NCBI GenBank assembly: GCA_046724315.1
Contig: JBKOWI010000067.1
Location: 1-36,743, forward strand
Reading direction: 5' to 3'
From: Pseudomonadota bacterium
Lineage (GTDB): Bacteria > Pseudomonadota > Alphaproteobacteria > Rhizobiales > Methyloligellaceae
Length of the DNA stretch: 36,743 bases
Positions 9,711 to 19,140 of the stretch are shown piece after piece (position 1 is the stretch's first letter; every line of letters starts with the position of its first letter). Position numbers and translations under genes: made by a program. The notes below the pieces were generated by a model. That model worked only from the letters and a program-made list of their open reading frames with translations, ran no database searches and had not been told where the DNA came from.

Positions 9711-9750
9711 GGATTGCGCGGGCAACTTTCCCGTTGCAAATTGCCTCACT

Positions 9751-9805
9751 CCCGCCGCTTTCCATTGACGCCCATAAAATCCCATGCTATCCCATCCTTG
9801 CCCGT
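9751..9805 (+). promoter_or_regulatory. mraZ/dcw promoter overlapped by 10-bp-phased MraZ-type repeats
   Basis: TTGACG (9765)-N17-TATCCC (9788) with TG extension. CCCAT at 9771, 9781 and 9791, with variants at 9751, 9761 and 9801 (TGGG repeats on the minus strand). Confidence 0.8.
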
Positions 9806-9948
9806 TCGGTGAGTAAGTGGGGGAGGCTGGCCGCGCTCCTTACAGGCCACGGGGGGATCTGCGCCGCCTCTCCCACCGATCTTTGCAACGGGGGTCTCGC
9901 ACTCAAGGTCGTTAGTCACTCGTCGGTCCGAGTGCGCATGAGGGGGAG

Positions 9949-10431
9949 ATGGACCAGTTTGTGTCGACATTCACCAATAAGATCGACACGAAAGGCCGCG
10001 TCTCAGTCCCGGCTTCTTTCCGCACAGTTCTCGCCAAAGACGGTCTCGACGGCATCTATTGCTATCCGTCGCTCGATGCGCCTGCGCTCGATGCCGGAGG
10101 CCAGCGGCTCGTCGACAAGATCAACGCACTGGTCGAGGACCTCGCGCCTTACTCGGACGAGAAGGACCAACTCGCGACCGCCCTGTTCGGCTCGAGCGAG
10201 GTTCTCACGATCGATCAGGATGGACGCACAACTTTGCCGGAACGCTTGCGCGACCACGCCGGTATTACCAGCCACATTACTTTCGTCGGGCTCGGCGAAA
10301 AGTTTCAGATGTGGGAACCGAAGCGCTTCGAATCCTATCAAGCGGAGGCGCGCCAAAAGGTGCGCAATCTCCGCAAACTACTCGGCGCGGGGCGCCGCGG
10401 AAGCGGCGGGCCAGAGGGAGCACGGGAATGA
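9949..10431 (+). CDS. mraZ: Division/cell wall cluster transcriptional repressor MraZ
   Basis: Two D-x-x-GR repeats (IDTKGRVSVP, IDQDGRTTLP) and FVGLGEKFQMW. First gene of dcw. Confidence 0.95.
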   Translation: MDQFVSTFTNKIDTKGRVSVPASFRTVLAKDGLDGIYCYPSLDAPALDAGGQRLVDKINALVEDLAPYSDEKDQLATALFGSSEVLTIDQDGRTTLPERLRDHAGITSHITFVGLGEKFQMWEPKRFESYQAEARQKVRNLRKLLGAGRRGSGGPEGARE

Positions 10432-11459
10432 TGGCGGGTCGCGGCGCGCATATGGCGGCCGTCGGCGGACCGGCCCGCCACATTCCCGTGATGCTCTCCG
10501 AGGTGCTTCACGCGCTTGAGCCGAAGTCCGGCGCGATCATCGTCGACGGAACGTTCGGCGCCGGCGGCTACAGCAAAGCCATCCTCGAAGCTGCGGACTG
10601 CAAGATCATCGCCATCGATCGCGATCCTGACGCGGTTGCCAAAGGCGAGGCGCTGGCCGAGGAGTTCCCCGGCCGGCTGAAGCTCGTCATCGGCCGCTTT
10701 GGCGCCATGGAGGGGATTGTAAAGCAGGAAGGGATCGATGCCGTCGACGGTGTCGCGCTCGATCTAGGCGTCTCCTCGATGCAGCTCGATGAGGCTTCGC
10801 GCGGCTTCTCCTTCATGAAGGAAGGGCCGCTCGACATGCGCATGGGCAAAGAAGGGCCGACCGCTAGCGATATTGTCAACGAACTCTCCGCCGGAGAGCT
10901 CGCCGAGATCATCGGTAAACTCGGGGAGGAGGGCCGTTCGCGCGCAATCGCCAAGGCCATTGTCGCACGCCGCGCCGAAGCGCCGATCGAGACGACAAAA
11001 GAACTGTCGGAAATCGTGGTGCGCGTGCTCGGCCGCAAGCGCGACGAAGCCAAGCACCCCGCGACGCGGACCTTCCAAGCGCTCCGTCTTTATCTCAACG
11101 AGGAGCTCGAGGAGCTCGCATGCGGTCTTTCCGCAGCCGAGCGGCTGCTGAAAGCTGGCGGCCGGCTCGTGGTAGTCACCTTCCATTCCCTTGAGGACCG
11201 CATCGTCAAGCGCTTCTTCACGAACCGGAGCACGCCGGCGCCGCGCGCCTCGCGCCATTTGCCCGAAGCTTCCACGCCGGAATTTGCCCCGAGCTTCCGG
11301 CTTCTTAACCGGCGTCCGGTAGAACCGAATCAAAGCGAGATCAGGCGAAATCCGCGCTCACGCTCGGCACGTCTTAGAGCGGCCGAACGGACCGCGGCGC
11401 CAGCCCATGCTCTCGACTTGGCCGCACTAGGAGTACCCCAGACCAGTTTTGGCATATGA
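10428..11459 (+). CDS. rsmH: 16S rRNA m4C1402 methyltransferase RsmH (MraW)
   Basis: HIPVML, DGTFGAGGYS, DLGVSSMQLD, HPATRTFQALR, FHSLEDR and NPRSRSARLR. ATGA overlap with mraZ. Confidence 0.97.
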   Translation: MMAGRGAHMAAVGGPARHIPVMLSEVLHALEPKSGAIIVDGTFGAGGYSKAILEAADCKIIAIDRDPDAVAKGEALAEEFPGRLKLVIGRFGAMEGIVKQEGIDAVDGVALDLGVSSMQLDEASRGFSFMKEGPLDMRMGKEGPTASDIVNELSAGELAEIIGKLGEEGRSRAIAKAIVARRAEAPIETTKELSEIVVRVLGRKRDEAKHPATRTFQALRLYLNEELEELACGLSAAERLLKAGGRLVVVTFHSLEDRIVKRFFTNRSTPAPRASRHLPEASTPEFAPSFRLLNRRPVEPNQSEIRRNPRSRSARLRAAERTAAPAHALDLAALGVPQTSFGI

Positions 11460-11484
11460 CAGTCACCTAACTCGTGAGTCCCAA

Positions 11485-11943
11485 ATGTTGCGTTTCGTAA
11501 ATGTCTGCCTTGTCCTCGGCATCGTTGCGCTTGCTTACGTCATCTATCAGGTGAAGTACGAAGCCCGCGCGCTCGACGAGGAGATCGCCTCTCTCGGGAA
11601 GCAAATCGACGAAGAGCGTGACGCGCTCGCGGTGTTGCGCGCGGAATGGAGCCTGCTCAACCGACCTGAGCGCATCGAGCGTCTCGCCCAGAAATATCTG
11701 AAGCTCTCACCAGCCCAGCCCCGGCAGCTCGTAACCGTCGACAGCGTGTCGGATCGCGATTTCGATCGCAGCCGGTTCGAGATCACCGCCGCTGCCTCAC
11801 CAGCCATGGCCCCTGCACCGACGATCAAGCCGGTCGCGAAACCGAAAGCTGCTGTCGCAACGGCTGAGGCCGAACCCGCGACCACCACTGCCCTGCCGTG
11901 GGCCGCCAAGATCGTGGCTCCTGTTCAGGCCTCCGCCCAATAG
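11485..11943 (+). CDS. ftsL: Cell division protein FtsL
   Basis: N-terminal TM, coiled coil, LRAEWSLLNRPERIERLA motif and Ala/Pro tail. Lies between rsmH and ftsI. Confidence 0.88.
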   Translation: MLRFVNVCLVLGIVALAYVIYQVKYEARALDEEIASLGKQIDEERDALAVLRAEWSLLNRPERIERLAQKYLKLSPAQPRQLVTVDSVSDRDFDRSRFEITAAASPAMAPAPTIKPVAKPKAAVATAEAEPATTTALPWAAKIVAPVQASAQ

Positions 11944-11951
11944 ACCGAACA

Positions 11952-13646
11952 GTGTCCGAGTCAGCCAAATGGAACGCCGCAGCGGCCCGAGCCGAACGCG
12001 CTTATCTCGCGCGCGGCCGGTATCGCTTTCGCCTCGCCTGCCTGGGATTCGCGCTGGCTTTCGTGCTGATTGGCGGCCGTCTCGTGGCGCTCGGTTTCAT
12101 CGGAAGCGGGCCTGGTGGCGGAAGTTTGCGTGACATCTCGACGACAGTTCACCGGCCCGACATTGTCGACCGCAACGGCAGGCTGCTTGCGACCGACATC
12201 AAGGGAGCGACCCTTTACGCCGATCCGCAGAAGGTCGTCGATATCGACGAACTGGTCGAGCAGGTGACAAGCGTGCTTCCTGACGTCAACGCAGCTGAGC
12301 TCCGCGAGAAACTCAAGAACGGACGCCGTTTCGTACGCATCAGGCGCGAGCTCACGCCCAGGCAGCAGGAAGAGATTTACGAGCTCGGCCAGCCCGGTCT
12401 CGACTTCATCCAGGAATATCGGCGGGTCTACCCGATGGGCCCGACCGCTAGCCACGTCGTCGGCCTGGTGGATGTCGACAATAGGGGGCTTGCCGGCATC
12501 GAGAAGTTCGTCGACGACAATCCCCAACTCACGATGCTTCATCCCGAAACGCCCTCGACCGAGGAAAGCGTGTCGATCTCGCTCGATCTCGGCGTGCAGC
12601 ATGTGTTGCGCGAGGAGCTTGGCCGAGCGATGGCCACCTATCGCGCCAAGGCCGCCGCCGGCATCGTCATGGATGTTCATTCTGGCGAGGTGCTCGCACT
12701 GTCCTCGCTTCCCGACTTCGATCCAAATCGTAGAGAGCAGGCTCTTGAGAAGGACAGGCTCAATCGCATCGGCTTCGGCGTCTACGAGATGGGTTCGGTG
12801 TTCAAGGTGTTCACCGTGGCCGGCGTGCTCGACTATGGGCTTGCCTCGATGCAGTCGACCTTCGATGCAACGAGTCCGATCCACTATGCCTCCTTCACCA
12901 TCAGCGACTTCCACGGACAGCATCGCGTCTTGAGGCTGCCCGAAGTGTTCACCTATTCCTCGAATATCGGTGCGGCGAAGATGGCGCTGGAGATGGGCAT
13001 CGACCGCCACCGCGCCTTCCTCAAGAAGCTCGGCTTGCTGAGCCGCACACCGACCGAGATCGGCGATACCGCGGCGCCCATCATCCCCGCGCATTGGCAG
13101 AAGCTGAACACCATGACCATCGCCTTCGGCCATGGTCTGTCGGTCACGCCTCTCCAACTCGCCACCGCCACGCTGCCCCTTGTCAATGGCGGCATCGCCG
13201 TAACCCCGACCTTCCTGCCGCGCTCGCGCGAGGAAGGCATGAGTATGGGCCCGCGCGTGCTCAAGCAGCAGACGAGCGCCGCCATGCTGAAACTGATGCG
13301 GCTCAACGTGCTGAAGGGCACCGGAAAACGCGCCAATGCCGAAGGCTATCGTGTCGGCGGCAAGACCGGCACGGCCGAGAAAGTGGTTGGCCGCCACTAT
13401 TCGACCTCGTCGCTGCTCACGAGCTTCCTCTCAACCTTCCCGACCGACGCTCCCGAATATCTCGTGCTTGTCATGCTCGACGAGCCGCAGCGCGTGCCGG
13501 AGTCGAGCAATCAGGCGACGGCCGGCACCAATGCCGCGCCTACTGCCGGCAAGATTGTCCAGCGCATTGGGCCGATCCTTGGCGTCGCGCCACGGCTTCC
13601 GGGCGACCAGCGCCAATTTGACGCGAAGGTGCTCGCCTCCTATTAA
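11952..13646 (+). CDS. ftsI: Peptidoglycan D,D-transpeptidase FtsI (PBP3)
   Basis: RPDIVDRNG, SVFK (SxxK), SSN and KTGT motifs. GTG start at 11952 is inferred. Confidence 0.96.
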   Translation: MSESAKWNAAAARAERAYLARGRYRFRLACLGFALAFVLIGGRLVALGFIGSGPGGGSLRDISTTVHRPDIVDRNGRLLATDIKGATLYADPQKVVDIDELVEQVTSVLPDVNAAELREKLKNGRRFVRIRRELTPRQQEEIYELGQPGLDFIQEYRRVYPMGPTASHVVGLVDVDNRGLAGIEKFVDDNPQLTMLHPETPSTEESVSISLDLGVQHVLREELGRAMATYRAKAAAGIVMDVHSGEVLALSSLPDFDPNRREQALEKDRLNRIGFGVYEMGSVFKVFTVAGVLDYGLASMQSTFDATSPIHYASFTISDFHGQHRVLRLPEVFTYSSNIGAAKMALEMGIDRHRAFLKKLGLLSRTPTEIGDTAAPIIPAHWQKLNTMTIAFGHGLSVTPLQLATATLPLVNGGIAVTPTFLPRSREEGMSMGPRVLKQQTSAAMLKLMRLNVLKGTGKRANAEGYRVGGKTGTAEKVVGRHYSTSSLLTSFLSTFPTDAPEYLVLVMLDEPQRVPESSNQATAGTNAAPTAGKIVQRIGPILGVAPRLPGDQRQFDAKVLASY

Positions 13647-13726
13647 AAGAGGCCTCACATCAAGGCGTTGGCGGAAACCTTGGGCGTCCCAAGAAAGCCC
13701 CCCGCTTTTCGGGGTTCAGGTCCGGA

Positions 13727-15187
13727 ATGACACTCGGTGAACTGATCGGGCTTGAGGTCAAGCTGCCTGCGGGCGCGGCTGAGATCCCTATTTCAGGCCT
13801 TGCGGCCGACAGCCGAGCGGTCAAGCCAGGCTATCTGTTCGCGGCGTTGCCAGGCGTGAAGACCGACGGCACGCGTTTCATCTCCGACGCCTTGCAGCGC
13901 GGGGCGGTTGCAATCCTCGCGCCCGACAGGGGCGGCCTACCGACCGCCTCAGCGCCGATCATCGAGAACAGAGATCCACGCCGGCTTCTTGCTTTGGTCG
14001 CCGCGCGTTTCTTCGGCCTCCAGCCCAAGACCGCGGTCGCCGTCACCGGCACCAACGGCAAGACGTCAGTTGCCTCTTTCGTGCGCCAGATCTGGACTGG
14101 GCAGGGCTTCGAGGCTGCAAGCCTCGGCACGGTCGGCGTCGTGAGCCAGCGCGGCACTGAGATCCTCAAGCATACGACGCCCGACCCGATCGAGCTCCAT
14201 GCAATCCTCGCCGGACTTGCCAAGGACGGCATCACTCATCTTGCGATGGAAACATCGAGCCACGGGCTTCAGCAGCGCCGCGTTGACGGGATCAAATTTG
14301 CCGCTGGTGCCTTCACCAATCTCACGCGCGATCATTTGGACTATCACGCGAGCGTGGAAGACTACTTCGCGCAGAAACTCCGGCTCTTCACCGAGCTTCT
14401 GCCAAAGGGGGCCAGCGCGGTAGTTGATGTCGACAGCGAGGCTGGGTTGCGCGTGGCCGATGCGGCAAAGACGAAAGGACTGGACCTGATTTCCGTCGGA
14501 CGCTCCGGCAAGACATTGCGGCTCGCCTCGGCCGAGATCGACGGCTTCGGCCAAATCCTCGTCATTGAGCATGACGGCAAGAAGCGTAAGGTCCGGCTGC
14601 CGCTAGTCGGCGATTTCCAGGCCTCAAACGCGCTTGTCGCGGCTGGCCTTGCGATGGCGACCGGCGGGTCTGCCGATGTGGTTCTGCCCTTGCTCGGAAC
14701 TCTGCGCGGCGCGCGGGGCCGGCTAGACCTTTCCGGAACGGCCCGGGGGGGCGCGCCGATCTTCATCGATTATGCACACACGCCAGACGCGCTCGCCAAG
14801 GCGCTCGATGCCTTGCGGCCTTACGTGCAGAACAGGCTTGTGGTGGTTTTCGGCTGCGGCGGCGACCGCGACAAGGGCAAGAGACCCGAGATGGGACGTG
14901 TGGCGGTGGAGAAGGCAGATCTCGCTATCGTCACCGATGACAATCCACGCAGCGAAGAGCCTGCCGAGATTCGCCGCCAGATCTTGGCGGCAGCGCCGGG
15001 AGCTCATGAGATAGGAGACCGTGCGAGTGCCATTGTCGAAGCGGTCGCTACGCTTAAGCGAGGTGATGTCCTTCTCGTCGCCGGCAAGGGCCACGAAACG
15101 GGGCAGACGGTGGGCACCGTAGTGATACCGTTCTGCGATCACGACGCAGTGGAGGCCGCTCTGAAGCAGGAGGCTAAGGTTGGCTGA
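13727..15187 (+). CDS. murE: UDP-MurNAc-tripeptide ligase MurE (meso-DAP adding)
   Basis: VTGTNGKTS, TTPD, NLTRDHLDYH, DYAHTPD and DDNPR (DAP specificity). Confidence 0.97.
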   Translation: MTLGELIGLEVKLPAGAAEIPISGLAADSRAVKPGYLFAALPGVKTDGTRFISDALQRGAVAILAPDRGGLPTASAPIIENRDPRRLLALVAARFFGLQPKTAVAVTGTNGKTSVASFVRQIWTGQGFEAASLGTVGVVSQRGTEILKHTTPDPIELHAILAGLAKDGITHLAMETSSHGLQQRRVDGIKFAAGAFTNLTRDHLDYHASVEDYFAQKLRLFTELLPKGASAVVDVDSEAGLRVADAAKTKGLDLISVGRSGKTLRLASAEIDGFGQILVIEHDGKKRKVRLPLVGDFQASNALVAAGLAMATGGSADVVLPLLGTLRGARGRLDLSGTARGGAPIFIDYAHTPDALAKALDALRPYVQNRLVVVFGCGGDRDKGKRPEMGRVAVEKADLAIVTDDNPRSEEPAEIRRQILAAAPGAHEIGDRASAIVEAVATLKRGDVLLVAGKGHETGQTVGTVVIPFCDHDAVEAALKQEAKVG

Positions 15188-16598
15188 ATCGCTTTGGACA
15201 TTAGGCGAGATCGTTGACGCCACTGGTGGCTCGTCTCTCGGCGCGGTAGGAGCGCCCGTCACCGGCCTCTCTATCGATTCCCGTAGCCTCGCCAAGGGCG
15301 AGGGCTTCATCGCCATCAGAGGTCCGAACCGCGATGGGCATGCATTCGTCACCGCGGCGTTGGAGCAAGGCGCGGCATGCGCGATCGTCGATCGAGACTT
15401 TCCTACCGGCGACGAGGAGAGGCTGGTCCGCGTTGGCGATACGCTCGAAGCGTTGAACGCGCTTGGCCGGGCAGGGCGCGCGCGGGCGCGCGACACGGTG
15501 GTGATCGCCGTTACCGGCAGCGTCGGCAAGACTGGCACCAAAGAAGCGCTCAGGCTGTCGCTAGCGCCAAGCGGGTCGGTGCATGCGTCGGTCAAGTCCT
15601 TCAACAATCATTGGGGTGTGCCGTTGTCACTCGCCAACATGCCGCAGGACACGCGCTTTGGCGTATTCGAGGCTGGCATGAATCACGCCGGCGAGATCGA
15701 CGTGTTGACGAGGCTGATCAGGCCGCACATCGCCATCATCACCACCGTGGCTCCCGTCCATCTCGGATTCTTCCGCGCGGTCGAGGAGATCGCCGACGCC
15801 AAGGCCGAAATCTTCCGCGGGCTCGAGCTGCGTGGCACGGCGGTCATCAATCGCGACAGTCCTTATTATGAAAGACTGAAAGGTCATGCACTGAAAGCCG
15901 GCGCCAAGGTCGTCGGCTTCGGCGAAGCTGACGGCGCAGAGGCGCGACTGCTCGGCGTCGAACTTCATCCCGATGCCTCGAGCGTAAGGGCGAATATTCT
16001 CGGGACGCCTGTCAACTACCGCCTCGGCGCGCCGGGCCGACACCTCGTGCAGAACTCGCTTGCCGTGCTGGCCGCGGTGAAGATCGCGGGCGCCGATCTC
16101 GAGCTCGCCGCTCGTGCTCTCGCAGGTCTTCACGCGCAGGCCGGCCGGGGTGCCCGCACCCTCCTCGGGAGCAAAGATCGGCGCATCGCCATCATCGATG
16201 AATCCTACAACGCGAACCCAGCTTCGATGCGGGCAGCGCTTGCAACGCTCGGGCTTACCCCTCGCTCCGAGTTCGGGCGGCGCGTCGCCGTGCTCGGCGA
16301 CATGCTCGAGCTCGGGCCCGAGGGGCAGAAACTTCACGAAGGACTCGCCGATTGCATTGACGGGGCAGGCGTAGATGTAGTCTTTGCCTGCGGCGAGCTG
16401 ATGGGATCACTTTACCAGGCGCTGCCGGCGAACCGCCGCGGTGCTTACGCCAAGACCTCCGAGGAGCTTGCCCCGCAGCTTGTAGAAGCGGTAGGGCCGG
16501 GGGACGTGATCATGATCAAGGGGTCTCTCGGCAGCCGCATGGGGCCGCTGGTCGAGGCCCTTAAGCGCCGGTTCGGCGCGGAAACTGTATCGGTCTAA
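15180..16598 (+). CDS. murF: UDP-MurNAc-pentapeptide ligase MurF
   Basis: VTGSVGKT, SFNNHWGVP, GMNHAGEI, DESYNANP and GDMLELG. TTG start. Confidence 0.97.
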   Translation: MAESLWTLGEIVDATGGSSLGAVGAPVTGLSIDSRSLAKGEGFIAIRGPNRDGHAFVTAALEQGAACAIVDRDFPTGDEERLVRVGDTLEALNALGRAGRARARDTVVIAVTGSVGKTGTKEALRLSLAPSGSVHASVKSFNNHWGVPLSLANMPQDTRFGVFEAGMNHAGEIDVLTRLIRPHIAIITTVAPVHLGFFRAVEEIADAKAEIFRGLELRGTAVINRDSPYYERLKGHALKAGAKVVGFGEADGAEARLLGVELHPDASSVRANILGTPVNYRLGAPGRHLVQNSLAVLAAVKIAGADLELAARALAGLHAQAGRGARTLLGSKDRRIAIIDESYNANPASMRAALATLGLTPRSEFGRRVAVLGDMLELGPEGQKLHEGLADCIDGAGVDVVFACGELMGSLYQALPANRRGAYAKTSEELAPQLVEAVGPGDVIMIKGSLGSRMGPLVEALKRRFGAETVSV

Positions 16599-16625
16599 GC
16601 CAGGCTTAAAAGGCGGGGAGAGGCG

Positions 16626-17711
16626 ATGCTTTACTGGTTGACCGAGTTCACCCCTGAGCTCCCCTTCTTCAATGTCTTTCGTTACATCACGTTTCGCACT
16701 GGCGGCGCGCTGCTCACCGCGCTCCTATTCGTGTTCCTGTTCGGGCCGCAGATCATCAAGTCTTTGCGCATCCGCCAGGGCAAGGGCCAGCCGATCAGGA
16801 AGGAAGGTCCCGAGCGCCATTTATTGCAGAAGCAGGGCACGCCGACGATGGGCGGGCTGATGATCCTGTCCGGCGTCACCGTCGCGGTCCTCCTCTGGGG
16901 CAATCTGCGCAATCCATATGTTTGGGTGGTCCTGTTTCTCACCCTCGTCTATGGCGCCGTCGGGCTCTACGACGATTATCTCAAAGTCACCAAGCAGTCG
17001 GCCGAGGGCTTCCGCGGTCGTATCAAGATCATTATCGAAGGTGTCGCGGCGCTGATCGCCACCGCGGTCATCGCCGAGGTCGGCGAGCCTCCGCTCGCCA
17101 CCGAGCTTGCCATCCCCTTCTTCAAATCCGTCGAGATCGATCTCGGCTGGTTCTTCATTCCCTTCGGCGCCTTTATCATCGTCGGCGCCGGCAACGCCGT
17201 GAACCTGACCGACGGGCTGGACGGCTTGGCCATTGTGCCGGTGATGATCGCCGCCGCCACCTTCGGCTTCATTTCCTACCTCGTCGGCAACGTTGTGTTT
17301 GCCGACTATTTGCAGATCCATTTTGTCGATGGCACTGGCGAACTTGCAGTGGTGTGCGGGGCGCTGGTCGGCGCGGGCCTTGGCTTCTTGTGGTTCAATG
17401 CGCCGCCCGCGCTTATTTTTATGGGCGACACTGGATCGCTCGCGCTTGGCGGCGCGATCGGCACCATAGCGGTTGCAACGAAGCACGAGCTGGTGCTGGC
17501 GATCGTCGGCGGCCTGTTCGTGCTCGAAGCGGCCTCGGTGATCGTGCAGGTCACCTCCTACCAGTTGTTCGGCGTGCGCGTGTTCCGCATGGCGCCGCTG
17601 CATCACCATTTCGAGCAGAAGGGGTGGCCCGAGTCGACCGTGGTGATCAGGTTTTGGATTATTGCCGTGGTGCTTGCGCTTGCCGGCCTCGCCACCCTCA
17701 AATTGCGTTGA
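16626..17711 (+). CDS. mraY: Phospho-MurNAc-pentapeptide transferase MraY
   Basis: [31 protein letters not shown] and MAPLHHHFE. Confidence 0.98.
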   Translation: MLYWLTEFTPELPFFNVFRYITFRTGGALLTALLFVFLFGPQIIKSLRIRQGKGQPIRKEGPERHLLQKQGTPTMGGLMILSGVTVAVLLWGNLRNPYVWVVLFLTLVYGAVGLYDDYLKVTKQSAEGFRGRIKIIIEGVAALIATAVIAEVGEPPLATELAIPFFKSVEIDLGWFFIPFGAFIIVGAGNAVNLTDGLDGLAIVPVMIAAATFGFISYLVGNVVFADYLQIHFVDGTGELAVVCGALVGAGLGFLWFNAPPALIFMGDTGSLALGGAIGTIAVATKHELVLAIVGGLFVLEAASVIVQVTSYQLFGVRVFRMAPLHHHFEQKGWPESTVVIRFWIIAVVLALAGLATLKLR

Positions 17712-17721
17712 GTCTCTACTC

Positions 17722-19140
17722 ATGATTCCCGTGACGATTTTCTCAGGCCGCGACGTTGCCGTGCTGGGGCTTGGCTTGAGCGGCATCGCGTCCGCGCGCG
17801 CGCTTGAGGCCGGCGGCGCCAATGTGTTCGCCTGGGACGACAAGCAGAAAGGTCGCTCGGAGGCACTCGCCGCTAGATTGGTTCTCACTGACCTGGCCAC
17901 GGTCGACTGGTCGCGCTTCACTGCGCTCGTGCTCGCGCCCGGCATCCCGCTCACCCATCCCGAGCCGCATTGGGCAGTGAAGAAGGCGCGCGAAGCAGGC
18001 GTCGAGGTGATCGGCGACATCGAGGTGTTCTTTCGCGAACGCGCGAAGCACAAAGCGCCGGGCAAGGTCGTGGCAATCACCGGCACGAACGGCAAGTCGA
18101 CCACGACCGCTCTGACCGCGCATCTTCTGGAGGACGCGGGAAAGCGCGTCGCGCTCGGCGGCAATATCGGCAAGGCGGTGCTCGATCTCGAGCCGTTCGC
18201 GCCTGACCTCACCTATGTCATCGAACTTTCGTCGTTCCAGATTGACCTCGCGCCATCGCTTGCGCCAGATGCGGCCGCGCTTCTCAACATCACGCCTGAC
18301 CATCTCGATCGGCATGGAACGCTCGAGAACTACGCCCTCATCAAGGCTCAGGTGTTCGCCAACCTTCCTGTCGGCAGGACTGCCGTTGTTGGAGTCGACG
18401 ATGAACCGTCTCGCGCCATCGCCGACGGCTTGAGGGGACCGTTTGCCTTAAAGCGAATCGCAATCGGCCGCCCCGTGAAAACAGGCGTGTGGGCCGACCA
18501 GGGCGTGCTGCACGAGATGGAAGACGGCAAAGAGCTGGCCGAGGTCGATCTCGCCGGGATCGGCTCGCTCAGAGGCGCCCATAATTGGCAGAATGCCGCA
18601 GTCGCCTATGCGCTCGCCCGCTCGCAAGGCCTTTCAACCCCGGCCATTTCCCAGGGCTTAAAGAGCTTTGCCGGCCTTTCCCACCGCATGGAGCAGGTGG
18701 CGAAGAGGGGCAAGGTTCTGTTCGTGAACGACTCCAAGGCCACCAATGCCGATGCCGCCGGTAAGGCGCTGGCAAGCTTTACTGACATTTACTGGATCAT
18801 CGGAGGCAGGCCCAAGGAGGGGGGCTTGGCAGGGCTCGAAGCGTTATTCCCGCGGATTGCGCGCGCTTACCTGATCGGCGAGGCGGCCGATGCCTTCGCG
18901 CGCCAGCTCGGCAACGCGGTGGCCCATGTCCATTGCGGCACCCTCGATCAAGCCGTCGCTGGCGCCGCGGCCGATGCCGGTCGCTCCACTGCGAAAGAAC
19001 CGGTCGTGCTGCTCTCTCCAGCTTGCGCCTCCTACGACCAGTTCGCCAATTTCGAAAAGCGGGGGGAAGCCTTCCGTACCATCGTCCTGAGTCTCGACGG
19101 CGCCGAGAACATGAAGCCTGAACAGGGGCAAGCGGCATGA
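17722..19140 (+). CDS. murD: UDP-MurNAc-L-Ala:D-Glu ligase MurD
   Basis: GLGLSG, ITGTNGKSTT, GGNIG, ELSSFQ, DHLDRH, NDSKATN and SPACASYDQF. ATG at 17722. Confidence 0.97.
   Translation: MIPVTIFSGRDVAVLGLGLSGIASARALEAGGANVFAWDDKQKGRSEALAARLVLTDLATVDWSRFTALVLAPGIPLTHPEPHWAVKKAREAGVEVIGDIEVFFRERAKHKAPGKVVAITGTNGKSTTTALTAHLLEDAGKRVALGGNIGKAVLDLEPFAPDLTYVIELSSFQIDLAPSLAPDAAALLNITPDHLDRHGTLENYALIKAQVFANLPVGRTAVVGVDDEPSRAIADGLRGPFALKRIAIGRPVKTGVWADQGVLHEMEDGKELAEVDLAGIGSLRGAHNWQNAAVAYALARSQGLSTPAISQGLKSFAGLSHRMEQVAKRGKVLFVNDSKATNADAAGKALASFTDIYWIIGGRPKEGGLAGLEALFPRIARAYLIGEAADAFARQLGNAVAHVHCGTLDQAVAGAAADAGRSTAKEPVVLLSPACASYDQFANFEKRGEAFRTIVLSLDGAENMKPEQGQAA

Noticed and set aside
9751-9805. CRISPR or mini-array interpretation of the periodic repeats
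   Set aside because: Units are 5 bp with 5-bp spacers and no cas genes are present. MraZ operator boxes explain them better.
9734-10519. 261-aa ORF overlapping mraZ and the 5' extension of the rsmH ORF to 10059
   Set aside because: Alternative frames over mraZ. rsmH most plausibly starts at 10428 with an ATGA overlap.
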